This document shows positions 1 through 10,998 of a DNA stretch of 64,000 bases, piece after piece. Position 1 is the first letter of the stretch, and each line of letters opens with the position of its first letter. A program made the translations under genes and the position numbers. The notes under the pieces are model-generated. The model saw nothing but the letters and a program-made list of their open reading frames with translations, made no database searches and was not told where the DNA came from. The stretch is from TPA_inf: Saccharomyces (lineage: Eukaryota). The DNA is taken from assembly GCA_000146045.2 (NCBI GenBank), contig BK006934.2:352001-416000 (forward strand), given 5' to 3'.

Positions 1-453
1 CTTTTTAGCCGAGTTGGTTCAGCAGATGATCTGTACAATGAGATGAGTACGTTCATGGTTGAGATGATAGAAACATCGTTCATCTTGCAAGGAGCTACGG
101 AACGGTCTTTAGCTATTCTAGATGAGATTGGCCGTGGGACTAGTGGTAAAGAAGGCATTAGCATCGCTTATGCAACTTTAAAGTATTTGTTAGAGAACAA
201 TCAATGCAGAACGCTTTTTGCTACACATTTTGGTCAAGAACTGAAGCAAATCATTGATAACAAATGTTCGAAAGGAATGAGCGAAAAGGTCAAGTTTTAC
301 CAAAGCGGAATCACTGATTTAGGTGGAAACAATTTTTGTTACAACCATAAGTTGAAGCCGGGCATCTGCACGAAATCAGATGCCATTAGAGTTGCGGAAT
401 TGGCCGGATTTCCAATGGAAGCGTTAAAAGAAGCCCGCGAAATATTGGGATAA
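1..453 (+). CDS. MSH1: Mitochondrial MutS homolog, C-terminal fragment; the 5' part lies outside the window
   Basis: Frame 1 is open from position 1 ([22 protein letters not shown]...) with the MutS domain V signature ([10 protein letters not shown]..., FATHF). The stop ends at 453. This is the first gene in the recognised YHR120W-YHR158C order. Confidence 0.85.
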
Positions 454-755
454 CTTTTGAATACAACTATTAATTGTATATAATTTGACATGTAATATAA
501 TAAGATGTGGAATCAATTTCCCTGTCTTTTTTTTCAAAAGCGACTGTGAAGATACTTAGAAAATGGCAAAAACGGTAGTTTGCAAATTTCCGTAGTTTGT
601 CGCGCGAATGATATTAGCGGAAACAAAACGATCAAACCTTATACCATGAATATAATGGTGGATATTTATTACGGTAAGGAAACACTCTGAGCCAGGCTTG
701 TAAATAGCGGTTATCTAAGCTTGTAACTAAAGAAATCAATTTGCATCTTTCGTCC

Positions 756-1319
756 ATGAGTGTCAGCCTTGAGCAAACGCTCGGATTCAGAATAAAAGTT
801 ACGAACGTGTTGGATGTAGTTACTGAAGGAAGATTGTATTCGTTCAATTCATCCAACAACACTCTTACTATCCAAACAACAAAGAAGAATCAATCTCCAC
901 AAAACTTCAAGGTGATAAAATGTACATTCATCAAGCATTTGGAAGTCATTGGTGATAAGCCCTCGTTTAACTCATTCAAAAAGCAACAAATCAAACCCTC
1001 ATATGTCAACGTGGAAAGAGTTGAGAAGCTTTTGAAAGAAAGTGTAATAGCATCTAAAAAGAAAGAACTCTTAAGGGGCAAGGGTGTGAGTGCAGAGGGT
1101 CAGTTCATTTTCGATCAAATCTTCAAGACCATAGGAGATACTAAGTGGGTGGCTAAAGACATCATTATTCTTGATGACGTTAAGGTGCAACCTCCATACA
1201 AGGTCGAAGATATCAAAGTGCTACATGAGGGAAGTAACCAATCCATTACATTAATTCAAAGAATAGTGGAAAGAAGCTGGGAGCAGCTAGAACAAGACGA
1301 TGGTAGGAAAGGTGGATAG
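756..1319 (+). CDS. LSM12: Sm-like protein LSM12 (187 aa)
   Basis: ORF 741..1319. The ATG at 756 gives MSVSLEQTLGFRIKVTNVLDVVTEGRLYSF (Sm/AD fold). The length matches LSM12. Confidence 0.8.
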   Translation: MSVSLEQTLGFRIKVTNVLDVVTEGRLYSFNSSNNTLTIQTTKKNQSPQNFKVIKCTFIKHLEVIGDKPSFNSFKKQQIKPSYVNVERVEKLLKESVIASKKKELLRGKGVSAEGQFIFDQIFKTIGDTKWVAKDIIILDDVKVQPPYKVEDIKVLHEGSNQSITLIQRIVERSWEQLEQDDGRKGG

Positions 1320-1624
1320 ATTAATTAATGACGGAAACGATAATATACGTTATATATTTTATCCGTACTTCTATAATGTCAACTATTGTTTATAAAGAGA
1401 TCCATTTGAGTCTACAGATTTTTCTATTTATCAAACTATAATATTCCACCACTCTCTTCTCAGTCGCAATGCTTGGGTGTACGGTGTTTGAATAATTGAA
1501 TTAGATTTAAATGCGAATAAGTGATGACTAACAAGCAAAAAAATCGAGTATTTCAAGATCCAGTCGAATATAAAATCTTGCTACTGCATTATTCTACGAT
1601 TTCCTGTTATCACTTATAGTACAC

Positions 1625-2320
1625 ATGTCTGAGTTTTTGAATGAAAATCCCGACATTTTAGAGGAGAACCAACTTCCCACTAGAAAAGAAGATAGTACCA
1701 AGGACCTTTTGTTAGGCGGGTTCAGCAACGAAGCTACGCTGGAAAGGAGAAGCCTTTTGCTGAAAATAGACCATTCTTTAAAGTCTCAGGTATTGCAAGA
1801 TATAGAGGTCTTAGACAAGCTTCTTTCCATTCGAATTCCACCAGAACTGACTTCCGATGAGGATAGTTTGCCAGCAGAAAGCGAGGATGAATCCGTAGCG
1901 GGTGGAGGAAAGGAGGAGGAAGAGCCTGATCTCATTGATGCTCAAGAAATATATGATTTGATAGCTCATATTTCCGACCCTGAGCACCCGTTAAGTCTGG
2001 GACAACTCTCTGTTGTAAATTTGGAAGATATTGATGTTCATGATTCAGGAAACCAGAACGAAATGGCTGAAGTCGTGATCAAAATAACACCAACAATTAC
2101 CCATTGTTCTCTGGCAACGTTGATTGGTCTGGGGATACGGGTCAGGTTAGAAAGGTCTCTTCCCCCAAGATTTAGAATTACTATTTTGTTGAAGAAAGGT
2201 ACTCATGATAGTGAGAACCAGGTAAATAAACAACTAAATGATAAGGAACGTGTAGCAGCTGCATGTGAGAATGAACAACTGTTGGGTGTAGTCTCTAAGA
2301 TGTTAGTGACTTGTAAGTAA
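1625..2320 (+). CDS. CIA2: Cytosolic Fe-S assembly factor, MIP18/DUF59 family (231 aa), YHR122W
   Basis: The 231-aa ORF has an acidic N-terminus and a C-terminal DUF59-like block (ITPTITHCSLATLIGLGIRVRL). Its position and size match YHR122W. Confidence 0.8.
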   Translation: MSEFLNENPDILEENQLPTRKEDSTKDLLLGGFSNEATLERRSLLLKIDHSLKSQVLQDIEVLDKLLSIRIPPELTSDEDSLPAESEDESVAGGGKEEEEPDLIDAQEIYDLIAHISDPEHPLSLGQLSVVNLEDIDVHDSGNQNEMAEVVIKITPTITHCSLATLIGLGIRVRLERSLPPRFRITILLKKGTHDSENQVNKQLNDKERVAAACENEQLLGVVSKMLVTCK

Positions 2321-2814
2321 ACGGGGATTCTTCTTTTTGCTTCCCTTACTCACGAAGCTATCAAAAAACATGTAAATTTAACAATGTGCTCTCACTGTAT
2401 AACACAGCTATAGCTACATTTTATTATATAGTATTTTCTCCAATCGATTAAATAACGGTTTTTACAATGGTTTGGTTCCTGTATCTTGTTTATTTTGTTC
2501 AAATGGCAAAATACAGAACACAGGTATAACTTTCTTTGTCTTCTTCATCAAAGAGTATCGCATATCAAACCTTTATGTACATTAACGAACTCTCGACCTA
2601 TAGTAGCCTCCTGGCGTTCGTTCAGTGTTATTCTTACGATTGGTCTCACTTTTCATAAAATTTCACAAGCTTCCATATTTACGCGAGGAATTGTGCGAAA
2701 GGGCTGGACTGAGCATACGTATATTTGTCGAGAAATTACGTTGTGGCTAAGAATACAATGGCATCGTAGTAGGAATTAGAAGTGTAGAATAAGAAAAACA
2801 AGCTAAGGTATAAA

Positions 2815-4081
2815 ATGGGATATTTTGTTCCGGATTCACATATCGAAAATCTAAAGTCATATAAGTATGTGAAGCGTCCATTGGCTGCCTTTAAAGTGCA
2901 GAAGTCAGAAGCATTGTTACTAACTTTCAACAATTTTTATTCCTTTTCATGATAGATATCAAAGTGAAGACCGCTCGCTGGTATCGAAGTATTTCTTAAA
3001 GCCATTTTGGCAAAGATTTTGTCACATATTTCCCACGTGGATGGCGCCCAACATCATCACATTATCAGGATTTGCTTTTATAGTTATCAACGTGTTGACT
3101 GTATTCTATTACGATCCAAACCTTAACACAGATACGCCTCGCTGGACATATTTTTCTTACGCTTTAGGTGTATTCCTATATCAAACGTTCGATGGATGTG
3201 ATGGTGTACACGCTCGCCGTATCAATCAATCAGGACCCTTAGGAGAACTATTCGATCATAGTATTGATGCCATTAATTCTACTCTGTCTATTTTCATCTT
3301 CGCATCCGAAACTGGAATGGGATTTTCGTATAACTTAATGTTATCCCAATTTGCGATGCTGACGAATTTTTACTTAAGTACTTGGGAAGAGTACCATACA
3401 CACACATTATACTTAAGTGAGTTTTCTGGACCCGTGGAAGGCATCCTGATTGTTTGCGTTTCATTGATACTGACAGGTATATACGGAAAACAGGTAATCT
3501 GGCATACCTACTTATTTACAATTACAGTTGGTGATAAGGTAATTGATGTAGACACTCTAGATATTGTTTTTTCCCTAGCTGTTTTCGGTTTGGTTATGAA
3601 CGCATTGTCTGCGAAAAGAAACGTGGATAAGTATTATAGAAACAGCACTTCTTCGGCCAACAATATCACGCAAATTGAGCAAGATAGTGCTATAAAAGGT
3701 CTTTTGCCCTTTTTTGCCTATTATGCAAGCATTGCTTTACTAGTGTGGATGCAACCAAGCTTTATTACACTCTCTTTCATCCTTTCCGTTGGTTTCACGG
3801 GAGCATTTACCGTCGGAAGAATAATCGTTTGCCATTTAACTAAGCAGAGCTTTCCCATGTTCAATGCACCCATGTTAATTCCTTTGTGCCAGATAGTATT
3901 GTACAAAATATGTCTATCCCTTTGGGGAATTGAGTCTAATAAAATCGTCTTTGCCCTATCTTGGCTTGGGTTCGGTCTCTCACTAGGTGTTCACATTATG
4001 TTTATGAATGACATTATCCATGAATTTACTGAGTACCTGGACGTTTATGCTTTATCCATCAAGCGCTCCAAGCTGACATAA
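2815..4081 (+). CDS. EPT1: Ethanolamine/cholinephosphotransferase, spliced: join(2815..2864,2956..4081), 391 aa
   Basis: Exon 1 is ATGGGATATTTTGTTCCGGATTCACATATCGAAAATCTAAAGTCATATAA. The 5' splice site GTATGT is at 2865-2870, the branchpoint TACTAAC at 2919-2925, and the 3' AG at 2954-2955. Exon 2 continues in frame (K-YQSEDRSLVSKYFLKPFWQRFCHIFPTWMAPNIITL...). The CDP-alcohol phosphotransferase motif DGCDGVHARRINQSGPLGELFDHSID is present. Confidence 0.85.
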
Positions 4082-4264
4082 ATCGCACTTTGTATCTACT
4101 TTTTTTTATTCGAAAACAAGGCACAACAATGAATCTATCGCCCTGTGAGATTTTCAATCTCAAGTTTGTGTAATAGATAGCGTTATATTATAGAACTATA
4201 AAGGTCCTTGAATATACATAGTGTTTCATTCCTATTACTGTATATGTGACTTTACATTGTTACT

Positions 4265-4274
4265 TCCGCGGCTA
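4265..4274 (+). promoter_or_regulatory. URS1-like element (TCCGCGGCTA, 9/10 to TCGGCGGCTA) in the NDT80 promoter
   Basis: Seen directly, ~290 bp upstream of the NDT80 ATG. URS1 (Ume6) control of NDT80 is established. Confidence 0.55.
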
Positions 4275-4339
4275 TTTGACGTTTTCTGCTTCAGGTGCGG
4301 CTTGGAGGGCAAAGTGTCAGAAAATCGGCCAGGCCGTAT

Positions 4340-4348
4340 GACACAAAA
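4340..4348 (+). promoter_or_regulatory. Middle sporulation element GACACAAAA (MSE, consensus gNCRCAAAW) in the NDT80 promoter
   Basis: An exact MSE match ~215 bp upstream of the NDT80 ATG. Ndt80 autoregulation through MSEs is established. Confidence 0.7.
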
Positions 4349-4474
4349 GAGTAGAAAACGAGATCTCAAATATCTCGAGGCCTGTCCTCTATACAACCGC
4401 CCAGCTCTCTGACAAAGCTCCAGAACGGTTGTCTTTTGTTTCGAAAAGCCAAGGTCCCTTATAATTGCCCTCCA

Positions 4475-4483
4475 TTTTGTGTC
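4475..4483 (-). promoter_or_regulatory. Second MSE (reverse complement GACACAAAA) in the NDT80 promoter
   Basis: Plus strand ttttgtgtc, ~80 bp upstream of the ATG. Confidence 0.7.
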
Positions 4484-4560
4484 ACCTATTTAAGCAAAAA
4501 ATTGAAAGTTTACTAACCTTTCATTAAAGAGAAATAACAATATTATAAAAAGCGCTTAAA

Positions 4561-6444
4561 ATGAATGAAATGGAAAACACAGATCCAGTATTACAGGATG
4601 ATCTCGTATCCAAATATGAGAGGGAATTAAGCACAGAACAGGAAGAGGATACGCCTGTTATCCTTACGCAGTTGAATGAAGATGGCACCACTTCGAATTA
4701 TTTCGACAAAAGGAAACTAAAAATTGCCCCTAGATCAACACTACAGTTCAAAGTGGGACCTCCATTTGAATTAGTGAGAGATTATTGTCCAGTCGTTGAG
4801 TCTCATACCGGAAGAACACTAGATTTACGAATTATTCCAAGAATTGACAGAGGGTTCGACCATATTGATGAAGAGTGGGTAGGTTATAAAAGAAATTATT
4901 TTACCTTAGTATCAACGTTTGAAACGGCAAATTGTGATTTGGATACTTTTTTAAAGAGCAGTTTTGATCTTCTCGTTGAAGACTCTTCAGTAGAAAGCAG
5001 ATTAAGAGTGCAATATTTCGCTATCAAAATAAAAGCTAAGAATGACGACGACGACACGGAAATCAATCTCGTCCAGCATACAGCGAAACGCGACAAAGGT
5101 CCTCAATTTTGTCCTTCAGTATGTCCGTTGGTGCCTTCCCCTTTGCCAAAACATCAAATCATAAGAGAAGCTTCAAATGTTCGAAATATCACTAAAATGA
5201 AAAAATACGATTCCACTTTTTATTTGCACAGAGACCACGTTAATTATGAAGAATATGGAGTGGACTCTTTATTGTTTTCCTATCCAGAAGATTCTATTCA
5301 GAAAGTTGCCCGTTATGAAAGAGTTCAATTTGCTTCATCAATTAGCGTGAAGAAACCATCCCAACAAAATAAACACTTTAGCTTGCATGTAATTTTAGGT
5401 GCAGTGGTAGATCCAGATACCTTTCATGGGGAGAATCCCGGAATTCCTTATGATGAACTGGCTTTAAAAAATGGATCAAAAGGGATGTTTGTGTATTTGC
5501 AAGAAATGAAAACGCCTCCTCTTATTATTAGAGGAAGATCACCTTCTAACTATGCGTCATCTCAGCGAATAACTGTGAGAACACCGTCGAGTGTCAATTC
5601 CTCACAAAACAGCACAAAAAGAAAAATGCCATCAATGGCGCAGCCGTTAAATGAAAGTTGCTTAAATGCAAGACCTTCGAAAAGGCGATCCAAAGTGGCG
5701 CTAGGTGCACCGAACTCTGGGGCCTCCATCTCGCCTATCAAATCTCGTCAATCCACACCAATGGAAGCTTCGAAGGAAAATGAGGATCCGTTCTTCAGGC
5801 CAAATAAAAGGGTGGAGACTCTTGAACATATCCAGAACAAACTGGGTGCTTTGAAAAATCAATGTCCAGATTCCTCTCTGAAATATCCGAGTTCATCTTC
5901 AAGAGGTATGGAAGGGTGTTTAGAAAAGGAGGATTTAGTTTACTCAAGTAGTTTTTCTGTTAATATGAAGCAAATCGAACTGAAACCGGCACGCTCTTTT
6001 GAACATGAGAATATTTTCAAAGTAGGCTCATTAGCATTCAAAAAAATCAATGAATTACCTCATGAAAATTATGATATAACAATAGAGAAGAAATCAATGG
6101 AACAGAATTATCTAAGACCAGAGATAGGCTCACGTTCTGAATGCAAAACAAGCTATGGTAACGAACTCTCCCTTTCAAATATTTCTTTCTCTATACTACC
6201 TAACTCAGCAGAAAATTTTCACTTGGAAACTGCACTTTTCCCAGCTACGGAAGAGGATGTGCCAAGGACATTTTCAAGAATATTAGAAACAGGTTCGTTT
6301 CAAAATTATTATCAAAAAATGGATGCAGAAAATGCAGATAGGGTATATTCGAAAGGGGTCAAGTTGATTGCAAGCGGTACTCTACCATCTGGTATATTTA
6401 ATAGGGAAGAATTGTTTGAGGAAGATAGTTTCTATAAGTATTAA
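4561..6444 (+). CDS. NDT80: Meiosis-specific transcription factor that binds MSE (627 aa)
   Basis: The full-length ORF is 627 aa. Its Ig-fold DNA-binding region (RTLDLRIIPRIDRGFDHIDEEWVGYKRNYF...) is recognisable as Ndt80, and its promoter carries MSE and URS1 sites (see regulatory features). Confidence 0.95.
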   Translation: MNEMENTDPVLQDDLVSKYERELSTEQEEDTPVILTQLNEDGTTSNYFDKRKLKIAPRSTLQFKVGPPFELVRDYCPVVESHTGRTLDLRIIPRIDRGFDHIDEEWVGYKRNYFTLVSTFETANCDLDTFLKSSFDLLVEDSSVESRLRVQYFAIKIKAKNDDDDTEINLVQHTAKRDKGPQFCPSVCPLVPSPLPKHQIIREASNVRNITKMKKYDSTFYLHRDHVNYEEYGVDSLLFSYPEDSIQKVARYERVQFASSISVKKPSQQNKHFSLHVILGAVVDPDTFHGENPGIPYDELALKNGSKGMFVYLQEMKTPPLIIRGRSPSNYASSQRITVRTPSSVNSSQNSTKRKMPSMAQPLNESCLNARPSKRRSKVALGAPNSGASISPIKSRQSTPMEASKENEDPFFRPNKRVETLEHIQNKLGALKNQCPDSSLKYPSSSSRGMEGCLEKEDLVYSSSFSVNMKQIELKPARSFEHENIFKVGSLAFKKINELPHENYDITIEKKSMEQNYLRPEIGSRSECKTSYGNELSLSNISFSILPNSAENFHLETALFPATEEDVPRTFSRILETGSFQNYYQKMDAENADRVYSKGVKLIASGTLPSGIFNREELFEEDSFYKY

Positions 6445-6477
6445 ATAAACTAATGATTTTAAATCGTTAAAAAAATA

Positions 6478-6569
6478 TGCGAATTCTGTGGATCGAACAC
6501 AGGACCTCCAGATAACTTGACCGAAGTTTTTTCTTCAGTCTGGCGCTCTCCCAACTGAGCTAAATCCGC
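6478..6569 (-). tRNA. tF(GAA): tRNA-Phe (GAA) with intron
   Basis: The reverse complement reads GCGGATTTAGCTCAGTTGGGAGAGCGCCAGACTGAAGA[AAAAAACTTCGGTCAAGTTA]TCTGGAGGTCCTGTGTTCGATCCACAGAATTCGCA, which is classic yeast tRNA-Phe with a ~19-nt intron 3' of the GAA anticodon. Confidence 0.95.
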
Positions 6570-6666
6570 TTACTATTTGTTATCAGTTCCCTTCATATCT
6601 ACATAGAATAGGTTAAGTATTTTATTAGTTGCCAGAAGAACTACTGATAGTTGGGAATATTTGGTG

Positions 6667-7495
6667 AATAATGAAGATTGGGTGAATAATTTGATAATTT
6701 TGAGATTCAATTGTTAATCAATGTTACAATATTATGTATACAGAGTATACTAGAAGTTCTCTTCGGAGATCTTGAAGTTCACAAAAGGGAATCGATATTT
6801 CTACATAATATTATCATTACTTCTTCCCCATCTTATATTTGTCATTCATTATTGATTATGATCAATGCAATAATGATTGGTAGTTGCCAAACATTTAATA
6901 CGATCCTCTGTAATATTTCTATGAATAATTATCACAGCAACGTTCAATTATCTTCAATTCGGCTTCAGTACTGTATGAAATACTCGCTAACATTTTCTTT
7001 ATTCTATAATAGCACAGTGACACTTAAACGTCAAACGTGGCGCACATTAATATACGATGTATGCATTTGGCTTGACACTGCTGTAATAAGGAACATCATC
7101 ATCCGTCAACTAGTAGTCACATTAGTAGTGTATTATCACATGGTGTGTAAGAACATTACGTAAAGATTGAAAAAAAGTCATCAAAAATAAAGGAAGCTGA
7201 AACGCAAGGACTAGTAGTGTAATAGAATAATATTGTGTAAAAGTATCGATACCCTTTTTGGAATTATTGTATCTTCGAGGGTGGCTTTTAATATATTTTT
7301 GAAAACCTAATATTATAACCTTTCACAACAACGAAATCCCAACTGTTGTGTAATAATTTTACTCAATTCTTACTATTGCTTTACCAATCCTTGTATTTGA
7401 GCTCTCATAAAGTTCGCTGACTACTTCTCACGACTCATGTCATCTCCTTATACTGTATATGATAATATACTGGTGGTGAATGACAGCAAACTCTT
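6667..7495. mobile_element. Cluster of degenerate Ty1/Ty2-type (delta-like, possibly tau) LTR fragments in mixed orientation, ~100 bp upstream of tRNA-Phe
   Basis: Positions 6667-6900 align at about 70-75% to the intact delta at 37177-37509 in the same (minus) orientation (tactagaagttctcttcggagat... / aaagggaatcgatatttctaca...). Positions 7190-7340 carry plus-orientation delta blocks (ggaagctgaaacgcaagga ... cctaatattataacctttcacaacaacgaaatcccaac). Positions 7440-7490 carry a minus-orientation delta 5' end (actgtatatgataatatactggtgg). No Ty coding sequence is present. Confidence 0.6.
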
Positions 7496-7701
7496 TCTGG
7501 AAAACTTCTTGTCCTAAAGAACAAAATCAGTGTAATGTGTAGGCCAGTGTTATGTTTTCATGAATATGACATCTGATAAGAATAAAACAACTGGTAAAAT
7601 GACTGCTTTTTCGGCTTATAAAATTCTAACATGTACATATTTTTTATAAAATGAAAATACTATTGTCCTTAATTGTACAATTTTTACATTTGGAGGCCAA
7701 A

Positions 7702-8181
7702 TTATAAAAATAATAGCGCTGCTACTCCAACTATATAACCCATGTTCTTGGATTCAACCTTCATACCAGCACCTTCATAGACAGAGACATTTGCGGTACT
7801 ACTTGGGGTAGTAGCAGCGGTAGTCTCAGGTCCAGACGCAGTGGCTTGGATTTGACCATCACTGATCTGTGAAATAGCGGCATCTTGCTTTTTGCCGGGT
7901 TGATGATCTGCAACAGCGCTTCTATTGGAACGATACAATGAGCCATTCCAACCACCCACATCATATACAGCTGCATTAGATATCTTTTTCTGCTGAGCTG
8001 CTAAGGACCAAGATGCGCTGCTGTTGAAGGCTTCATCAGTCGAATTAAATTTTCCTTCTATGTACGAGTTCGTACTATTCGCAAATTGTACGTCCAACGT
8101 GTCTGAGGAGTTGCTTACTTGTGCATGTGCAACTAGAATATTGGTGATGGCAAACAATGTGGAAACTAAAGTGCACTTCAT
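7702..8181 (-). CDS. ANS1: GPI-anchored cell wall protein (159 aa), YHR126C
   Basis: N-terminal signal peptide MKCTLVSTLFAITNILVAHA. The body is Ser/Thr/Asn-rich with a hydrophobic C-terminal tail (GYIVGVAALLFL) consistent with a GPI signal. Confidence 0.75.
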   Translation of the reverse strand: MKCTLVSTLFAITNILVAHAQVSNSSDTLDVQFANSTNSYIEGKFNSTDEAFNSSASWSLAAQQKKISNAAVYDVGGWNGSLYRSNRSAVADHQPGKKQDAAISQISDGQIQATASGPETTAATTPSSTANVSVYEGAGMKVESKNMGYIVGVAALLFL

Positions 8182-8912
8182 GGTAGATTAATTATGATGT
8201 TCGTTTGATTCTGTTCTATATTTTTTATATGCTGACTGAACAGATTATAAAAATTAAATTACATGAAGTATTGAAGTTAATGTTGGCTATTTTTGAGGAG
8301 GAGGTTCACCTTTATATAGTATTCCTCGAGCTACAAAAACATGGATATTTTTACAAATGCTAGTAAAAAGGAAAGAGGTCAAAAGAAACGTTTGGCATCA
8401 AAAGTAATCAAAGTGGGGTCTAGATTTATAATTTGTACTACGAAGAATCGCGACTCAAGGTACCAGGTACGACTGAAACTTTCTTTTTGGATTTTCGAAG
8501 AGAGAAAAATTAGTTAGCATAAAAAGAAATATAAAAAAAAAGGAAAGGAAAAGTGTTCGAGACTTTACCATACAAAGAAATATTACGGTAGAAAAAAGAG
8601 CTGCACTTACCCAATACATATTGATGAGGTAGTATTCACGGTGAGAACAACTTACATCAACACCTCAGTTTGCCGAATCTGCAGTGATATTGTATCCAAA
8701 GTCTACTTTTCATCCTCATTTACTGTCATTACAGAAATTTGTCAGGAAAAGCAACCGGGTAAGGGAACTTTCAGGGCCAACGCGAAAAAAAAAAAGGTCC
8801 ATCCATAGATTTTTTAGAAGATACACACCGTGAATTGATTAGAGATCATAGTAACCTCAAAATATACAATGTCTTAGATTGGAGCAGGCAGAAATATCTA
8901 TCAGAGCACAAA

Positions 8913-9644
8913 ATGGCTAGAAATAGAACAACCTCCAAGAAAAATGTTCAAAGTAAACGCTTAATAGACAGAGTGGTTCCCATGGACAAGATTAAAAAAG
9001 TTGGCGTAGCGAAAAAAAAAACCGTAGAACACACTAAAGAAGGATTTAGCGTTGTCAACGGTAAGCTAGTAAGCAGCAATGACGTCGGTGTACTGTTAAG
9101 AGAAGCACAGGGTGCTATCGATAAAAGAACTAATGTTTCCCAAAGAAATAGGAAAAAGGGAATAAAGAATAATAGGCCCCACAAAGACATAAACAGCAGT
9201 CCTGACTGGGGCAATGCCCACAGAGGAACCGATTGGCAGAGCGAAAAAGCAAACGGCATGAACAGGGCCAAGAACTCTCGGAATTTTACCACTAATATTA
9301 AATTGCAGCGACAACATTTTGGCGAAGAAATACAAGGTGGCAGCCAGCTTGTGATATCTACAAATTCAGATGCTTCAGATAAATTGTTAATGCTATTCAA
9401 CCTAACTTTGGGAGTAAACCAAGAAAACTTGAAAAATGTTCTGGAAAACATTTCTCAGGTGCAGATAGCTCAAATTAGGGTTAGAGACCTGCCTTCAGGA
9501 TCTGCCACCGCTAAGGTCCGTCTGGCATATCCTACAACACAGTCTTTGGAGAAGGTAAGAAAACTGTTCCATGGCGCTCTAGTTGATGGAAGGCGCATCC
9601 AAGTGGTGATTGCATCTGATGAATCGTCCCACTTGTCGTATTAG
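8913..9644 (+). CDS. Basic nuclear protein of unknown function (243 aa), YHR127W
   Basis: ORF 8835..9644. The first ATG at 8913 gives MARNRTTSKKNVQSKRLIDRV..., a highly basic sequence with an RRM-like C-terminal segment (LFHGALVDGRRIQVVIA). Confidence 0.7.
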   Translation: MARNRTTSKKNVQSKRLIDRVVPMDKIKKVGVAKKKTVEHTKEGFSVVNGKLVSSNDVGVLLREAQGAIDKRTNVSQRNRKKGIKNNRPHKDINSSPDWGNAHRGTDWQSEKANGMNRAKNSRNFTTNIKLQRQHFGEEIQGGSQLVISTNSDASDKLLMLFNLTLGVNQENLKNVLENISQVQIAQIRVRDLPSGSATAKVRLAYPTTQSLEKVRKLFHGALVDGRRIQVVIASDESSHLSY

Positions 9645-10006
9645 AGTTTGTCAACGACACTCACAAGGTATTTAATCAGCAAAATCCCCGCCACAAACTA
9701 TTTTTTTGAAGACATGCTTTCTCATGACTGCCTAATAACAATACCTCATTCTACTAGTAATCGACCTATGTAATTATTTCATAAACTATAAAGCAGGTCA
9801 TTGCAATAACAGAAAGGCCGGTTTTTCTATAAGCTTATCTCATCGCATAAAAAATCGACAGTTGTAATTATCTCCGGCGGACTTTTCCCTTTCCGTCTTT
9901 TTTTTCAAAATTTTTTTTTTTTTCACTTCTTCTTTCAAAGCTGCCTCAAAAGAGATATATATATTGGTAAGAATCCTCTTCCAATACTAGCTTCATTTCT
10001 TCTTGA

Positions 10007-10765
<759 letters not shown>

Positions 10766-10998
10766 ATAAATCACACCCGAACACCATCTTGAAGGTTCAG
10801 AACGGCTGAAGCCGCATATCAACTTTTGGTTTCTACTGTTTTAAATTTCCTTTCTCGTTTTAAACCTTTGTTGCCGTCTCTTCTACTATCAATTTTGTTG
10901 TTCATGCATGTTTAATTACCTTTTTTTGTAAAAATAATATAAACGTATCAATGGCTATTTATAACAAATATGCTTGAAAAATCTAACGACTCTGTTTC

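Noticed and set aside
6711-7163. 150-aa plus-strand ORF between NDT80 and ANS1 (the YHR125W-type dubious ORF)
   Set aside because: It lies entirely inside the degenerate LTR cluster. It is AT-rich with no recognisable domain, so it is an artefact of repeat sequence.
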